A DNA stretch of 63,150 nt, the filler included, from Atractiella rhizophila (taxonomy: Eukaryota): the NCBI GenBank assembly GCA_021432655.1. It is 4 parts of 4 records of this genome, joined end to end, with 100 filler letters (N's around TTAATTAATTAA, not from the genome) between each part and the next. Parts side by side here need not be neighbours in the genome. Positions count along the whole stretch, not along the records: positions 27,954 to 44,662 come from MU271571.1; positions 44,763 to 61,522 come from MU271578.1; 2 more parts are not named here. The stretch is one strand, 5' to 3'. Positions 34,086-48,360 of the stretch are shown here, piece after piece. The translations under genes and the position numbers were made by a program. Every line of letters begins with the position of its first letter. The first letter of the stretch is position 1. The notes under the pieces are model-generated. The model made no database searches, was not told the origin of the DNA, and was given only the letters and a program-made list of their open reading frames with translations.

Positions 34086-37002
34086 ATGTCTTACTCCTAC
34101 ACATATCACGACCAGCAATCGATAAACGAGCTGTGCCACAAGCTTGAAAACTTTGGAATCTCGGGGGTTGAGCCTTTGAAGGAGGATAAGGACAGAGAAC
34201 ATCAGGAGGGGGAGAGAGAGGACGAGGAATTTGAGGACACTGGAGACGATCTTGCTGGGGAACCTGCAAAAGGAAGCTCGAACGCTCATAGTGGGCCACA
34301 GGCGAAAGGTCCGCCTAAGAAAGGGATGAACATCAATTCGGCAGTTCGAAAGCTCATGCGGTACACTGTGCATCGAGTTCCACATCGGCTTTCGACCTCG
34401 AAGGACGGAGAGGAGCTGTACATGCATGAGCTTACAAGCTGGAAGTTTCAAGAATGGGCGTACAAGAAGAATCCCAATCCTCTCCCTGTTCTCGCTAGGG
34501 GGTTCTTTACGGAGAAGTTGGCTAAAAGCCAGAATACCGATGTGCCTGGAAGCTTTGGAGAAAACTGGAGGGTACTAGCGAGGGGATACGACAAGTTCTT
34601 TAACGTCGGCGAGGTATCGTGGACCAAGGTACGACGTTATGCATTCTCAGAGCTACCGCTAATGGATGATCGATACCTGCAGTGGGAGCAGATCAGCCAA
34701 TACGCCAAACCTCCATTTTATGTAACTGGTAAAGAAAATGGTTGCATCATCCTGATCTCTGCACTTCCTCCTCCTCCCAATCAACCCAACACTCCTCCGG
34801 CTCTCCTCGTTACTTCGAAGCACGCCACCGGAGACCTGAAAGCAATGGCGAATCCCGACAAATCGCACGCCGCGGTCGGAGAGAGATGGCTGCAGAAATA
34901 CCTTCGCTCGTTGTCCCCTCCTCGAACAGCAGAAGAGCTAGCTCAGGAACTGTATGATCAGAAGATTACTGCAGTTGCTGAGCTCTGCGATGACAGCTTC
35001 GAAGAACACGTCCTTGCGTACAAGCCTGAACGAACAGGATTGCACCTCCACGGCTTGAATCGCAACCTGACGGAGTTCGAGACCCTCCCGATCCACGAAG
35101 TGGATGCATTCGCCAAGAAATGGGGATTCATCTCTCCCCGTTGGAAGACCTTCAATACAGTGGAGGAGGTGAAGGAGTTTACAGATGCCGTCGCGACCGA
35201 TCAGCAGTTCGAAGGCGATGCCATCGAGGGATTTGTTGTCAGGGGTACCAAGATCCCGCAGAAGGAGAACGATGGCAATGCTTTCTTTTGGAAAGTCAAA
35301 TTTGACGAGCCTTATTTGACTTACCGTGAGTGGAGGGAGTTGACAAAACAGTTGATCACAGAGAAAAAGGCAAAGAAGAAGACACCGGGAAAGGGAGTGA
35401 AGAACAAGAGGTATCGTTATCAACTTACAAATCTCTATGTCGACTGGGTGGACAAGGAGATCGACAAGCACCCCGAGAAGTTTGCCGAATATATGAGCAA
35501 TAAGGGCATCATCGCGGTAAGGGAGGAATTCCTGCAATGGGCAGAAACGCAAGCGGGAAAGGAGGCATGGGGAGAGTTTAAAGGGAATATCGAAGCGAAG
35601 AGAGAGATCAAGTTGGTGAAGAAGGAGAAGGATAAATTGATGAAGGATGAAACTCCAGCCACTGGAACAGAGCGGGGGAAGGGAAAAGAGAAAGAGAAAA
35701 GGAAGACAGACGCCCCTTTCGACAAGACGCTTATCTTCCCTATCTCGATCCCTGGATGCGGTAGGCACACCCATTCTTCTGTCCCTGATGGAGAACTAAC
35801 TTCTGAGAAAGGAAAAACTTTTCTTGCCGTCGCGTTGAAACATCTCTTTGGTTTCGCTCACACACAGTCCGACGACGTTCAAAGCAAGAAGAACGCTGCA
35901 AAGACTTTCCTCGGGAACGCAGAGAAATTGCTGAAGGAGAACAAGAACAAAGTGGTCATCGCAGACAAGTTTGTGTTTTTCGTCGCACCTGTTCCTTGGT
36001 GACTAGTGTATAAGGAACAATCATCTCCGCCAACACCGTGAACAACTCGGTACTCTAGCCAAAAGTCTCAAGAACCATCACGTCCGCACCATAGTTCTAC
36101 TCTTCGACGTCGCTGCTGTCCCTCAAGACGAACTCCACCGAATTTGCTCCGATCGTATCGTCTCTAGGGGAGACAATCACCAAAGCCTCCGGCCGACAGC
36201 AGCCGGAGACCATGATCAGATTCTCTGGCGGTTCTTCAAGGACTTCGAGAATTTCGATGACGAGGTGAACCCTGAAGATTCGGAGTTTGACGAGGTTATC
36301 AGAATCACGATTGACCAAGACATGGAGGTCATTGTGTCTGCGGTGGCAAATGAGCTCAGCGAAATTCTGGGGCTTGAAAAACCATCCGCGGAGCAGATTC
36401 ACGATGCTATCCTGAAGGCGAAAGACTACAAACCTGATGTCATGAAAGAGATGAAGCCTACTTCCTCTTCCTCCAAGAAGAAAGGTGGACCTCGATACTA
36501 CGGCATCTCGGTCAAGGTCAACCTCGCTCAAACAGTCCAAGAGATCTTCGGTAAGAACCCCCAGCTGGACCGTGCTCTCTTCGACCAGCTGGCTAGTAGC
36601 AATGCCTTCTCTTCCAATCCTCACGTCACGCTGATCCATCAGGGAGATCTGGAGAAGAAGACACATCCCCAGAACGAGGAGATTTGGAAGCATTACGAAG
36701 AGCTCGCGTTTAAAAAGCCTTTCGAAGTCCAAGTCACTCTGGGCCCACGCCTCCTCTGGGATGGTAGGGTCATGTCTATCGAAGTATCCAACGTCGAGCC
36801 AAAGGAGAAGATACGCGTAGGAGCCGCAAAAACCCTTCATGTCACCGTTGGAACTATCCCCGAGGCGAAGCCAATTGAAGGCAAGTTTATCTACGAGAGG
36901 CATACGATGGGGCAGAAGACGACGGAGAAAGGGGGGGATATTAAATCTTATGCTGTGGACCCTTTCACGATCGCTGGACAGATTCAGCCTATGTATAACT
37001 AA
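34086..37002 (+). CDS. TRL1: Fungal tRNA ligase (ligase-kinase-CPDase)
   Basis: ARGYDKFFN; motif I KENGCII; AELCDDSFEEHVL; EGFVVR; FFWKVKF; kinase IPGCGKT; 2H motifs PHVTL and LHVTVGT. Confidence 0.95.
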
Positions 37003-37208
37003 CTCCTCATCCAACTCAAAAAGCAAGTCAGTGCCTCCGATTCGAAAGATGACTATGTGGCATAAAACATTGTAGATAAAATACAACAACTTGACATACC
37101 ACTGCTACCTTTTGGCATATCATTAACACTAACTGCAGACGACTCGTACGACAGAACAAGTGAATTGGATGTGAAGCAAACACGCATAATGCTAAACCGA
37201 CGGGAACT

Positions 37209-39476
37209 TTAAGGATCCGCGACCCTGCCATCAAGTTGAGGAACTTTTCCAGACGTCTTGATGTCGTTCAAAAGGTACCTCAGCTTGTTGAGACCCTGAC
37301 TGCTAGCTGGAAACTCAGACTTGCCTCCCTCCAATCCCTCGACAAACAGAAGCTCGAGCAGTTTCTGAAATTGTCGTCCGTAGACCTCCATCAGTGTCGT
37401 TCCAGCAGTTTCGAGCATGCTATGAAGGAGAAGGGCCGTAGGGCTATAAGCAGACATCGGTTTGTCGATCGAGTTGACGATAAATTTCCACGCCGCTGAC
37501 GGACGGAAGTGAGGTGGGACGTTGGCAGCTGCGCTAGGAGGAAGATTGGGGATAGGAACGTGTGCTGGGAGAGTTTGACAGATGGCGGCATAGAAGGTGA
37601 CGAATGAAGCCATTCGGAGTTGATATTCTAGCTTGTCTTCGCCTTCGACCTGGCCAAGCATTTTGCTGTAAACAGCATCTTCCATAGCCTATCATTGCGT
37701 TCGTCAGCGGAGGTGAGACATTGAAGTTGAACATCAGACGTACAGAAGGTTTCTTGGGGAAGTAGCCACAGATCCAAAAGCACTTCTTGTTCAGACGGGC
37801 CATAAGAACATTTCCAAGTTCGACGTGGCCTAGAAGCAGAAGCCCTATAACCACTTTGGCTAGAGGGTATGCTACAAGTGCCTCAGTTTTGGCTTCGACA
37901 TTGACCTGATTGATCAGGAGTTTCGAGAGCGTGTTGAGGCAGAAGATGTAAACGTTCGAATTGAAGGTTTTGCTCGACTCAAGGAGATCATGAAGAAGTT
38001 TCGTCTGCAATCAATGTCAAAGCAAGTTCGATTAATGAGTGATGTAAGCGTACGATTCTTGCGATTTGCTGAGCGCTATTTGTCAACTGTCCGATCTTCG
38101 GTCGCATCTCTCTCTTCGCCTGTTGGCAAGCCTTCAACAGCGCCGGATCTTGCTTGACCGCTGCTAAGACATCTCTCTTCACCGCATCCATGGTTTTCCG
38201 CCATTTCAAGAATTCTGCTCGACACTCCTTATTCCCTGTCGCCATCGCTTCCTGCGCTGCCTTCTTCTTCCTCGCCTCCTCTTCGGCTGCTTGCTTAGCT
38301 TTCGTTTGCGCCTCTTGTGCCTTCTGAGCAGCTTCTCGGTCTTCTCGATCCTTCTTCTCTTTCGCGTCCTTCTCTGCTTTGATACGGGCTTCTTCCGCTT
38401 CCCGAGCTGCCTTCGCTTTCTCCTCCGCTAATCGACGTTCTGCTAAGTACCGCGCTTCAGCCGCCGCTTGCTCTGCTACCATCTTCTCATGCTCAGCAAT
38501 TGCAGCATCTATCTCCTGTTACGGGGAGATTCAACACACTGTGATACTAGGAGAAGACGAAATATGACGAACATCCCAAAGTTGCTTATTGCGTAACTCG
38601 TAGTCCTTATTCAGTACCTCCTCCTTCGACTTCCTCTCCAGCTCCAAATTGCGCATGAACTGACCAAGCTCTTCCATCTCTTTCCGCTCCTTCTCTAGTC
38701 GTTCGGTTTGATATTTCTCCTTAGCGACTTGAGCAGCTCGGCGCATGTTGGCCTGATGTGTCCGCGCTTTCGCCATAGCTCGTTCCTTTCCATGATTTTC
38801 TCAGTTTTGCATCGACAATACGAGACAATTTACAAAGCTTTCTTGTTTCCCACGCTTCTCTAATGTATCCCAGGGATCCTCCTCCACATGCAGAATGACG
38901 TTCGAAGGTGGTCGACTTTTCCGGTAATATTCATCGAGAAGGCTCCAGTCTTCTTCTTCTTTCTGTTGATTGCTGACTTCGACTTCCGCGCCTTCCTCGC
39001 TCGAGGTGGAATCGTCGTCTGAGTCTGACATTCCTGCTCTGCGTCCATTTGCCCTGTCATCGTCGGAAGAATCAAGCTCGAGCTCAGGATCATCGTCTGA
39101 ATCTGGCATACGGTAGATGCCGTGGTCAGAGAGGAGTTGTCGAAGAGTCGGACGTGGAGGAGCTGAAGGACGAGAGGCGGTCACTATTCTTCAAAGACCA
39201 ACCGTTTACCACCCTTTCCCTGTGACAACGGCAACGGAGAGCTCACCTGTAAGAAATATTTTCACCAGGAGCAAGTTTCCTCTTTCTCGAATGATCATTT
39301 CCTGCCCTTATAACCTGTTCTAACCTGGGATTCTTCCTCACTCCCGGTTTGCTTCGAGCTGCAAGCGGGCTGGCATGTCGATTTGCGAACGTGTCCTCGA
39401 GTACGGATTCGACCTCTGACACTTCGCGCTCAGATTCTTCAGAGTCGATCCCCTGGTTCTCATACCCAAAACGCAT
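37209..39476 (-). CDS. GLE1: mRNA export factor/nucleoporin Gle1; multi-exon
   Basis: Acidic N-term, long coiled coil, then YIFCLNTLSKLLINQV..AYPLAKV..LMARLNKKCFW; YQLRM..FYAAICQT; AAWKFI. Confidence 0.85.
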
Positions 39477-39601
39477 GGCTGAAGCTGATGTAAACAAGAA
39501 ATATCGCTTTCGTCCTTTGCTTCCAGGCGGCCAATCGTGACTTCGTGCCACACAGAGTAGAAGTTCACGCAAACTTTACTTCACAACCAACCAGACTCAA
39601 C

Positions 39602-40871
39602 ATGAGTCGCAAAAGAAACGACGATGAGGCTTTAGAATCTGGCATTGCGACTTCTAAGAGATTGTGGATCGCTGGGAGTAGATTCTACTCACTGCTGGGT
39701 TTAGGTGTCATCGGGCTCTTCGTGCTCTTAAATTGGTGGACTTCTTCCAGCTCACTTGAGGCTACCACGAATGTATGCCCTCTTCGTCATATCATTGTGT
39801 GTGTTGACAAGGGTTACAAGACTACGGTCCATGATTTCTCCAAAATTAAAGCCAGTCCCAAAGGCAAATACGTGCGTAACGCTGTCAATTCTACAGCGAG
39901 GTCAAAACTTAGAGTTTGGGCGAAGGAAAGGCTCAAGAGCGTCTTCTCATCCTCACTCCATTACAAGACTCTTCCCACCACCTCCCCAAATATTTTGAAT
40001 CTATTAATCGCCTGAACTATCCTAAACCTCTCATCTCCCTCGGTTTCCTTGTATCCGACTCGACAGACGCGACTCTCCAGACTCTCAAACGATATCAAAC
40101 CGCCTTCGCCTCGCGTACGGCTCCAGAAGAGCGCTATGCAAGTTTCGATATTATTAAGAAGGACTTTGGATTTCGCTTGGAAGGGGAAGATAGACACAAG
40201 TACGAATGGCAGCCTATGCGGAGAGCGTTCCTTGCGCGCGCCAGGAACTACCTTCTTTCTTCCTGCTTGGGGAAGGACCATTCTTGGGTTCTCTGGCTCG
40301 ATGTAGACGTGACAAGCTATGACCCCGACATCCTTGAAGACCTGATGAGCCTTGACAAGGACGTTGTTGTCAGTGTTCAATGCCGTGTTTCCGTGCTTTG
40401 ACTAACAGCGCCGCCGCGTCACAGGTACCTAATTGCCTTCTCGAACAGAACAACTGGGAATTCTGGGGGTATGACCGCAATTCATGGATGGAGACACCAG
40501 AATCTCTTGCTCTTCAAGCATCACTCGATCCTTCGTACATCCTAGTCGAGGGATATCGCGAGTTTCCTACTTTTCGTAGTCACATGGTTGACCTCCCAAC
40601 ACACCAAGGGCTGCACCACATCCCGCTTGATGGCATCGGCGCTGCCTTCACACTTGTCAAAGCAAAGGTGCATCGAGAGGGAGCGAACTTTCCAACCTAT
40701 CCTTTTCAGCATCAAATCGAAAGCGAAGGCTTTGCCAAGATGGCAAGGATGATGGGGTTTGAAGTTGTAGGTGTACCTGGAGTGTGAGTACTGCCTACCG
40801 TCAACAGCGGGAAGGTATTGACTGATTATCTTGCGGAAAGTATCGTCTTCCATGCCCGAAGGGATCAGTAA
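39602..40871 (+). CDS. Anp1/Van1/Mnn9-family (GT62) Golgi mannosyltransferase, type II membrane
   Basis: N-terminal TM; LILTPL; LISLGFLVSDSTD; RRAFLARARNYLL; WVLWLDVDV (DxD); IESEGFAKMA. Confidence 0.92.
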
Positions 40872-41497
40872 GCTACACTTTCCGAGGGACACCTGCGGAA
40901 ACCTAATGTCACTTCTATACCTCTATGGACCACACAGGCTCATTCATGTTCTGCTATTACTTACTCTTACTCAGTGGTTTTCACGATGTTGTGTTGTCCA
41001 CTTCCCCTTGCGAATGCCATCTCGTCATACCAAGGTGGAAGAAGGCTTACCGTTTACCCCATCCTCTTGGCCGTCGGAGACCAAATTTAGCGTCGCTGAA
41101 TATCTTCATAGTCAAGTTCCACCAGACATGTGCACCTGTTTTGGCACCTTCTACCTCCGTCTTATGCATCTTTCCTGCTGCTTGTTGTGGATGACATCTC
41201 TGCCAGTGTTCCCGACTGTTCCCTCTCGTGCTCGACTGGAAGTTATGGCAACTTATCAGTCAGTGCTGCGGTTCCGCCCATCACGCCAGCTAGCTCGGAT
41301 ATCGCGCACCGCAAGGTGATAAAAGATTGAACAGGATCGAAAGAACTTTGCATCAAGTCGCATGCCTCCAAAGCTTGGCGTTCCGATACTGAACCAGCCT
41401 TCAAAAGCCTTGTCCTCGCTTGAGCTGCTGTCTTCCTCCCTTCTCCTTTTTGCCTTCGCGCTAGTGTTGTGTCTGTGAGCAACTTAAAGCTTAAAGG

Positions 41498-43997
41498 ATG
41501 TCGCACATCGAAGCTGGGAAAAGTTCACCCAATAGGGACTCCTATGTCGATGAAAAGAAGGATGAGGAGTCTTACGACTACGATGCAAAGGCTCAGGTGA
41601 TACAGGTGTCTGAAGCGCCAGAGGGTCATCAGCTGTAAGTCGCACCTTGGTCAAGTATTAATGGCGCTGACTGTTCGTTGCAGCCATCGTGCCCTGACGG
41701 CAAGGCAGATCCAGGTACTTCAACATGGAGATTGGTGGGACGAGTGCTGACCATTTTACAGATGATTGCGCTAGGTGGGGCAATCGGTACTGGTCTGCTC
41801 ATCGGTATGCACTCTTCCCCCACAGCCTCCCGGTAAACTCGAACTGACGCTGTACCTCAGGAACTGGAGGAGCTATCGTATGTACCGATCATACCTCGAA
41901 ATCATACAGCCTAAAGGAGCTTGACAGTCGCGTGCCGGTCCTGCCTCCGTTTTCATCTCGTATGTTTGGATGGGAGGCGTCTGCTTCTCAGTTCTGTCGA
42001 GTTTGGCAGAAATTTGTTGTGCTATTCCCGTCCAAGATGGGTACGCATCCGTTGTTGCACATTATGCCAGGTGGTACTGACAGGGAAACGACAGCTTCAC
42101 CGGTTACGCTATGCGCTTGGTAGATCCAGCTTTTCTTTTGCACTTGGGGTGCGCATCGTATTTGTAAACTGTTGCATTCTAACCGGTCATTCAGTGGAAC
42201 TACCTAATCAAATACCTTATCGTCACACCCAACAACCTTACAGCTGCCTCCCTGGTCGTTAGATGGTGGACGGATGCTGTTCCCGTTGCCGCTTGGATCT
42301 CCATCTTCATCGTCATCATCGTGCTCATCAATCTTTGGGGAGTCAAATACTTCGGAATTCTCGAATTCTGGTTCTCGCTTTCAAAAGTTGTTGGAATTGT
42401 CGTCATTCTTATAACAGCCATTGTCGTTGATTTGGGAGGAAACCCCCATCATGACCGCCTTGGATTTAGAAACTGGGTAAGCAGTTGTTTTTATTTTCCA
42501 AGGGATTCTGAGTTGTGAACTCCTGAACAGCAAATCGAGGGTGCCCCATTCCACAATTATAAGTAAGACTCATTTATTTCTTGGAGCATGAGTGCTGAAT
42601 AGCTTTCTAGGCAACCTGGAGCCCTCGGTCGTTTCCTGGGATTCTGGAGTTCATTTTCGACTGCCCTTTTCGCCTACATTGGATCTGAACTGCTGGGTGT
42701 TTGTATTGGGGAGAGCCGAAATCCTCGAAAGACCATGTCGTCTGCCATCAAGAGGACTTTCTGGCGTATTGTGATATTCTACATTGGCAAGCGAATTTCA
42801 CTCTTTCATGTGCGACGGCAATGCTAAACTAAGTGCAGGCGGCAGCTTGCTCATCGGAATGCTTGTCCCTTATAACTCTACTGAGGTAAGTATTACCAGT
42901 GTCGCTTGATATTTTGAGACTGATGGCAGTCTTACCTAGCTCATCGGCGCAACTAAGCAATCTACCGGAGCTGCAGCGTCTCCTTTCACTGTCGCGTTCA
43001 CACTTGTCGGTCTTCGATCGGTCTCGCACTTCATCAACGTTGTTCTGAGTATGGCCCTCCATTACTCTTTTTCACATACTCAGGGTTTTTGCAGTGATCT
43101 GCACGCTCTCTGCGGCCAATTCAGATCTTTATATTGCGACCCGAACCCTCTACTCTCTGAGCGTGGACGGCAAGGCTCCTAGATTCTTCTCCAAGACCGA
43201 TAAGAGAGGTGTGCCACTTGCTTCCGTCGTTGCTGCCAGCTTGTTCTGTGCTCTCGCCTATCTCAACGTCTCGACGAATGGAAGCGAGGTATTTATTCAG
43301 TTCTCACTATTTTATTCTTGACTTACATATGCAACTCAGGTCTTCGGCTACTTCTCTTCAATGGTTACTTCGTTCGGAGGGTTGATGTGGGCTGCAATCA
43401 GTTTCATGCATCTTCGATTCGTAAAAGCGTAAGTCTGCGTCAGTACAAGAGAGAACCGCTACTAAATCGAAACGCCCCACTGTTAGCTGTAAATTGCAAG
43501 GCATCGATCGCAATTCCTTGCCTTACAAGGCTCCATTAGGCGTGACTGGTTCTTACATCTCCTTATTCTTTATCCTCCTCCTCCTCATTACTCGAGGATT
43601 CGACACCTTCATGCCTTTCAATCACAAAACTTTCATCACCACCTATTTGGGAATTGGTAAGTCTTGATCATTTCTCATTCTCAATCCTAACGATGGAACG
43701 TAGTAATCATGCCCATTTTCTACACTGGTTATAAGCTTTACTACAAGACAAAGGTCGTCGATCTTTCCGAGGTACGGTTTTGTGATCTTTCTCATTCAGT
43801 TACTGAGAGCGGCTGGCACTCATTAGCTCGATTTCCAATTCTCTGCCAATGCCGAAAAGGATAAATATTGGGCTGAGATTGAGGCCAGGGAGGAGGCTGA
43901 GAAAGGTCGGTTTCCTTCTCCTCATGCACTAACATGCTGACCCTCGGACCCAGGGCCACCAAATCTTCTCACGAAGATCTGGAGAACCCTTGCTTGA
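41498..43997 (+). CDS. APC-superfamily (YAT) amino-acid permease, many short introns
   Basis: HRALTARQIQMIALGGAIGTGLLIG; FGILEFWFS; GESRNPRK..AIKRTFWRI; SAANSDLYIATRTLYSL; LPYKAP. Confidence 0.92.
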
Positions 43998-44662
43998 GGC
44001 TGTAGGAGATGTTGCCCTTTGTCATGGATGTCTAGTCTGTGTTTAGGACCTGAATGTACGCCGCCTATGGTTAAGTTAATGAATATCCTGTTTACATGGC
44101 CGTTCCGCATTGAAGTCACCTTTTGCTGGGGGTCTACACTCAGGCTACCATCGTCCTGGTTTATGTCTTCTCTCACGTAGCTCATCACTGGGCTGTCGGT
44201 CGGAACCGGAGAAGCACTGTAAGTTTGAGGTTTTGGACTCAGGCACAAGTTCGACGCTGTCGACCAATACGTTACTTCTACTCTGAGAAGGACGCCATCG
44301 TACAGGAACTCATGATGAGTAGGGTAACAGATTCCTTACAGACGAAAGTGAGCAAGGATGCACTCCTCACTGTCGTCTCGGTCACACTCTCAGTCGGACT
44401 TCCACTAGGACAAGTTCTCTGGAATGCCCGACTCGACTATAATAATTACCATAGCATAACATCACTTTAGGCTTAGCTTGTGCACTCATGGAAGGCCTGT
44501 TCGTTCAGCGCGGCATATTCTTTCGCAGCACGATAGCCTGGCCGTCATACGCTGTCTATCCGGGACATTCATGAGGATTAGTCGCGGTATATAGCCTAGC
44601 CCGACACAAATCACCAGTCTTTCCTGCTCCCTACTTCAAGATTGAAGACTTGAATTAATCAT

Positions 44663-44762
44663 NNNNNNNNNNNNNNNNNNNNNNNNNNNNNNNNNNNNNN
44701 NNNNNNTTAATTAATTAANNNNNNNNNNNNNNNNNNNNNNNNNNNNNNNNNNNNNNNNNNNN
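44663..44762. other. Assembly gap with TTAATTAATTAA filler
   Basis: N44-TTAATTAATTAA-N44. Confidence 0.97.
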
Positions 44763-46367
44763 CACGGAGCATTCTCCTCCAAAGTGCATCAACTTCCTCC
44801 ATTTGTGCCTCGGAAAGATGAAGGTAATCTGCGAAGAAAGAGGTGGAGTTTAATACCTCCTCTGACGAAAGGACATCCTTGATTAAAAGCGGCCGAGACA
44901 TCTTTGGCTGTTGTCGAGTAAGAGCTTCAAGCCGCGAGAGGAAGGAATTCGTGCGAACAGCAGAGAGCGTGTTGAGGTCTAAAGGTTGAGGTGGACTTTT
45001 TGTTTGAACTCTAGCGAATAGGCGGTCAAGTAACGAGTGCCTTGGTTTATTCGATTCCTGTACAGAAGCTGCTGGATCGCGGACCGTAGAGGAGTTGAAC
45101 AAGCTGCTCGGTCTGGTGGCAAAAAGGCGAGCTGATGGGAATGTAGAGTGGTTTGGTAATTCAACTGTTGGCGTTGTATTGGGAATGCCATTCTGTTGAA
45201 CATTCCGTTTAGTAATGAAAGTTTCTAAAGATCTGAGGGACATAATAGCGCACGCTGAATGGGAGAAAAGTACAGCTTGGGAGAGAACCAAGCCATATAT
45301 GTGTCAATGTGATTGGCATCATTGCTTCTGGAACAGTGAGTGTTTCACTCATTCACCACAACAGCTCCAACTTAATTAAGCTGTGAAGCTCAATGTAGTC
45401 AAGTTCCACAATGTTCTCACAAGGTGGAAAATGTGCGCGAGCAAGAGGTAGGCTGATTGGAAGCGTAATGATCATTGCACAAAACAGTCAGTGAGCTACA
45501 TTGTGACATCAGGCTTGCTATTTATTTGAAATGAGGAGGACGAACGTTAGCGTATATTCAATCAGCAATCAGCTATCCCTTGCTGAGCATGCGCTCAATA
45601 AGTGCAACTGAAGCTAGGCGAAGAGGAAACGTACCAGCATGGTTGGATAGAGAAATTCATTTGGTAACATAGAACCTGAAGAGGTGGAGGCAGGTTTGGG
45701 GTCGGCCATCTTCTGAAGTTGAAACTCTAAGACTTCAGCCACGGTCACTGTAGCACAAATCTGATTAGTGGTGACTTCGCGAATGGTCTTACACCTCACG
45801 CACCGGATCTCTAGGACGTTGCCGCCTGTCGCCAACTGTTGGGACTAGAAATTCGATTCAATGTCAAAGCTTTAAAACTGTAAAGAAGGTCTTCAATATC
45901 GAATGCTGTATTCTGATGACCGTGCGACAATAAGATATACACTTGCCCTGTCACCGACATCTGAATCAGGAAGGAAATAAGGTCAGATAACAAGGTCAGG
46001 CACACAATATCAGCATTAGTGGAAAGGATGAGATATACCATTCGGTGTCCTCCTCTTTTGCTCTGCAGTGTACGAGTGCCGCGATGTTCAGTTCGGAGCT
46101 CGTGGAGTATGCCAGTTGGTTATGGAGAACATGGATCACTTTGCAAGCAGGACAAAGGATCAATCGATGTCCCAATCCGAACAGTTTCGGAGCAATTTGA
46201 GCCGGGGAGAAAGGAAAGAGAGTTGAACTGTGGCGCAAGAGAGGAGAGCCAAACCGGAACCATAACAGCAGGACAGGAATGTTGGAGGAGGACAGAAGGG
46301 CGAACAGAATGGCGAGCAAGCGGAGTGAGGAATCACAGAGTGGGTCGAAGGACGCGGACACTGGCAA
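44763..46367 (-). CDS. Hypothetical or degenerate multi-exon gene running into the gap
   Basis: Series of minus-strand ORFs (with CPAC and CVRC pairs) and a ~175-codon frame open to the gap; no recognisable family. Confidence 0.3.
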
Positions 46368-47179
46368 AAATGGAAGATGTTAGCTTGTACGAGAGTTGCT
46401 CCAGTCAGTGAGGACGGCGCTGTCTTTGGATCCTGGCAAAGACGAAGGTAATTATTATGGATTTCGATGGGTGTGCGCTACAACGAGAGGGAAGGGAAAG
46501 AAGTAATAGAAGACATACATTTGATGCCATATGTTGCGACGCATGTTCCTCCACTGCCAGATTCTCTTAGATGATTGATCTCAGCTCGATGGCTGACTAC
46601 AGCTGTGACTACAGCCGTCCCCGTAGTTACGGCTGAATTTTGGACCAAAATTCGGACGTAACAGCCGAAACATTCGACGTAGCGGGCGAAAATTTGGTCT
46701 AACTTCATCCATTTATTTATACCAGTTGTGAGGGATGGAGAACTGTTATACCACAGCAATAAATTTTCGCAGAATAAGCTGACTAAAGTCGCTTACCTCC
46801 AGAAAGAATGTCTGACAGTGCACGAAAGTGGTCCAGGGCACAGGAGTAACCTGAAAGAGTAGGGTCGCAAGCGACACAGAGCTGTTTACTCTCAGTTCAA
46901 AATAAGAATGTCTACCGAAGAATTCCTCAAGGCGCCGTTTCTCTGGAAGGGATCAATGGGTCGCTTCTTGTTGGTGAACATGATCTCTGGGAAAGACTTC
47001 AGTAGACCTTTTGCTTTTAGGAGCCTGACAAACTTGTGATGAGCGTGAATGCGAGTTTTGTAGGCATACATCTCCATACTCTCCAATTCCAAGACGCAAT
47101 GCGTCAGCAATCAGAACAGTAATCTGAAATGTTGACGATCGCCAGTTCTCTTTCAGCGGGCGGTTACAGTCTTGGGACT

Positions 47180-48360
47180 TTAGACATTTTTTGTACGCTC
47201 AGGACATGCTGAGTCACTGTCAATCATGTCAATACCTTTCTGGTCATAAAGAATCACTGACGTCGATATCATCCTGAGCGTGAGAGTACTTCTGCAACCC
47301 TTGTGTCTGACGCCGCGCATGAGGCTATCATCAAAGGAAAGAGGGAGTGTGAACATACGGAGTAAGGTTCGACCTACTAAACAGGATGATATCAGGGAAT
47401 CTGCCAAGCATGCGCTCATGGCACTGCTGCTCGAAGACTTCCCAGCAAGGAAGTGAGACGACCCGGACCTTGAGACCGTCCTTCTGAAGGATCTCCCTAG
47501 CCTCGCAGACGAGCAAGACCTCGGTACGGTAGAAAGGTATGTGGGGTCAGCGTTCTCGGCTTCATGAACGACGTATCCTCCGTTGAGAGCCTTCTACTGA
47601 TGATGCTTCAATCTGCGGGACGGATGGGAGAGACAAGGATGGACGACAGAGGAAATGGCGCTGATGTAGGCGGCAGAGGCTTCGTTTCCATCTGCGCATT
47701 ACAAGACGATCAGTGTCCAGATAAAAGAGGTAGGTAACGACGAACCAGCTGAACGCCAAACCTCACAGATGGGGAGAGCACGCTAATGGTCAACGACTTC
47801 GACGGGCTGATGAGTAAGCTGGTCTCCAAGACCAGTGGAATCGTGAGTAGCATTTGATTACACGGGATGAAAGAGCGCGGAGAGACGGCTGGCACGAGCA
47901 GCTGCAGACAAACGAAACGGTCAGTACGAGCTATAGAGGAAGGAACGATAGGCGTACCATAAGATGTGAAATTGAGCAAGGCACATCCCACAGGCTACAA
48001 GACCTTTCTACATATTCAGCGTCATCGTGGAAGTGAGCGTAAGGACGAACCATTCATGATGGCACACATTACGTGCTCCCTCACGCCGCCGTATACCTGA
48101 ATAACGACTAGTGCAGTCTCCAAGCCTGCTGTCCGGAGGAGGGAAGTCTTTCACATCGTTCCAGTGCGTCAAGTTAGGAGTCAACTAAGAAGGATATGAC
48201 GAAAGCGCTCATGGCGACATGAGAGAGTTGAGGATTTGCAACGCATTACATATCTATCCTTAGCTGTGTAGCCAACCTTCGGGCAAGGTGTCGGAGTAGA
48301 GAGCTCTAGGTACATCCCGCGGTACTTGCCGAAAGCTCCTTCCACGCCCTCTCTACGCCA
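47180..48360 (-). pseudogene. Partial transketolase pseudogene A (3' half, introns retained)
   Basis: Colinear with ~57710-58985 (e.g. [27 protein letters not shown]); many stops and indels. Confidence 0.9.

Noticed and set aside
1..37002. Nucleic-acid end-healing cluster of intron tRNAs, PNKP x2 and TRL1
   Set aside because: TRL1 lies beyond a filler gap among housekeeping genes; linkage unproven and probably chance
34938..37089. Long minus-strand ORFs (278 and 330 aa)
   Set aside because: Antisense shadows of TRL1 with no motifs
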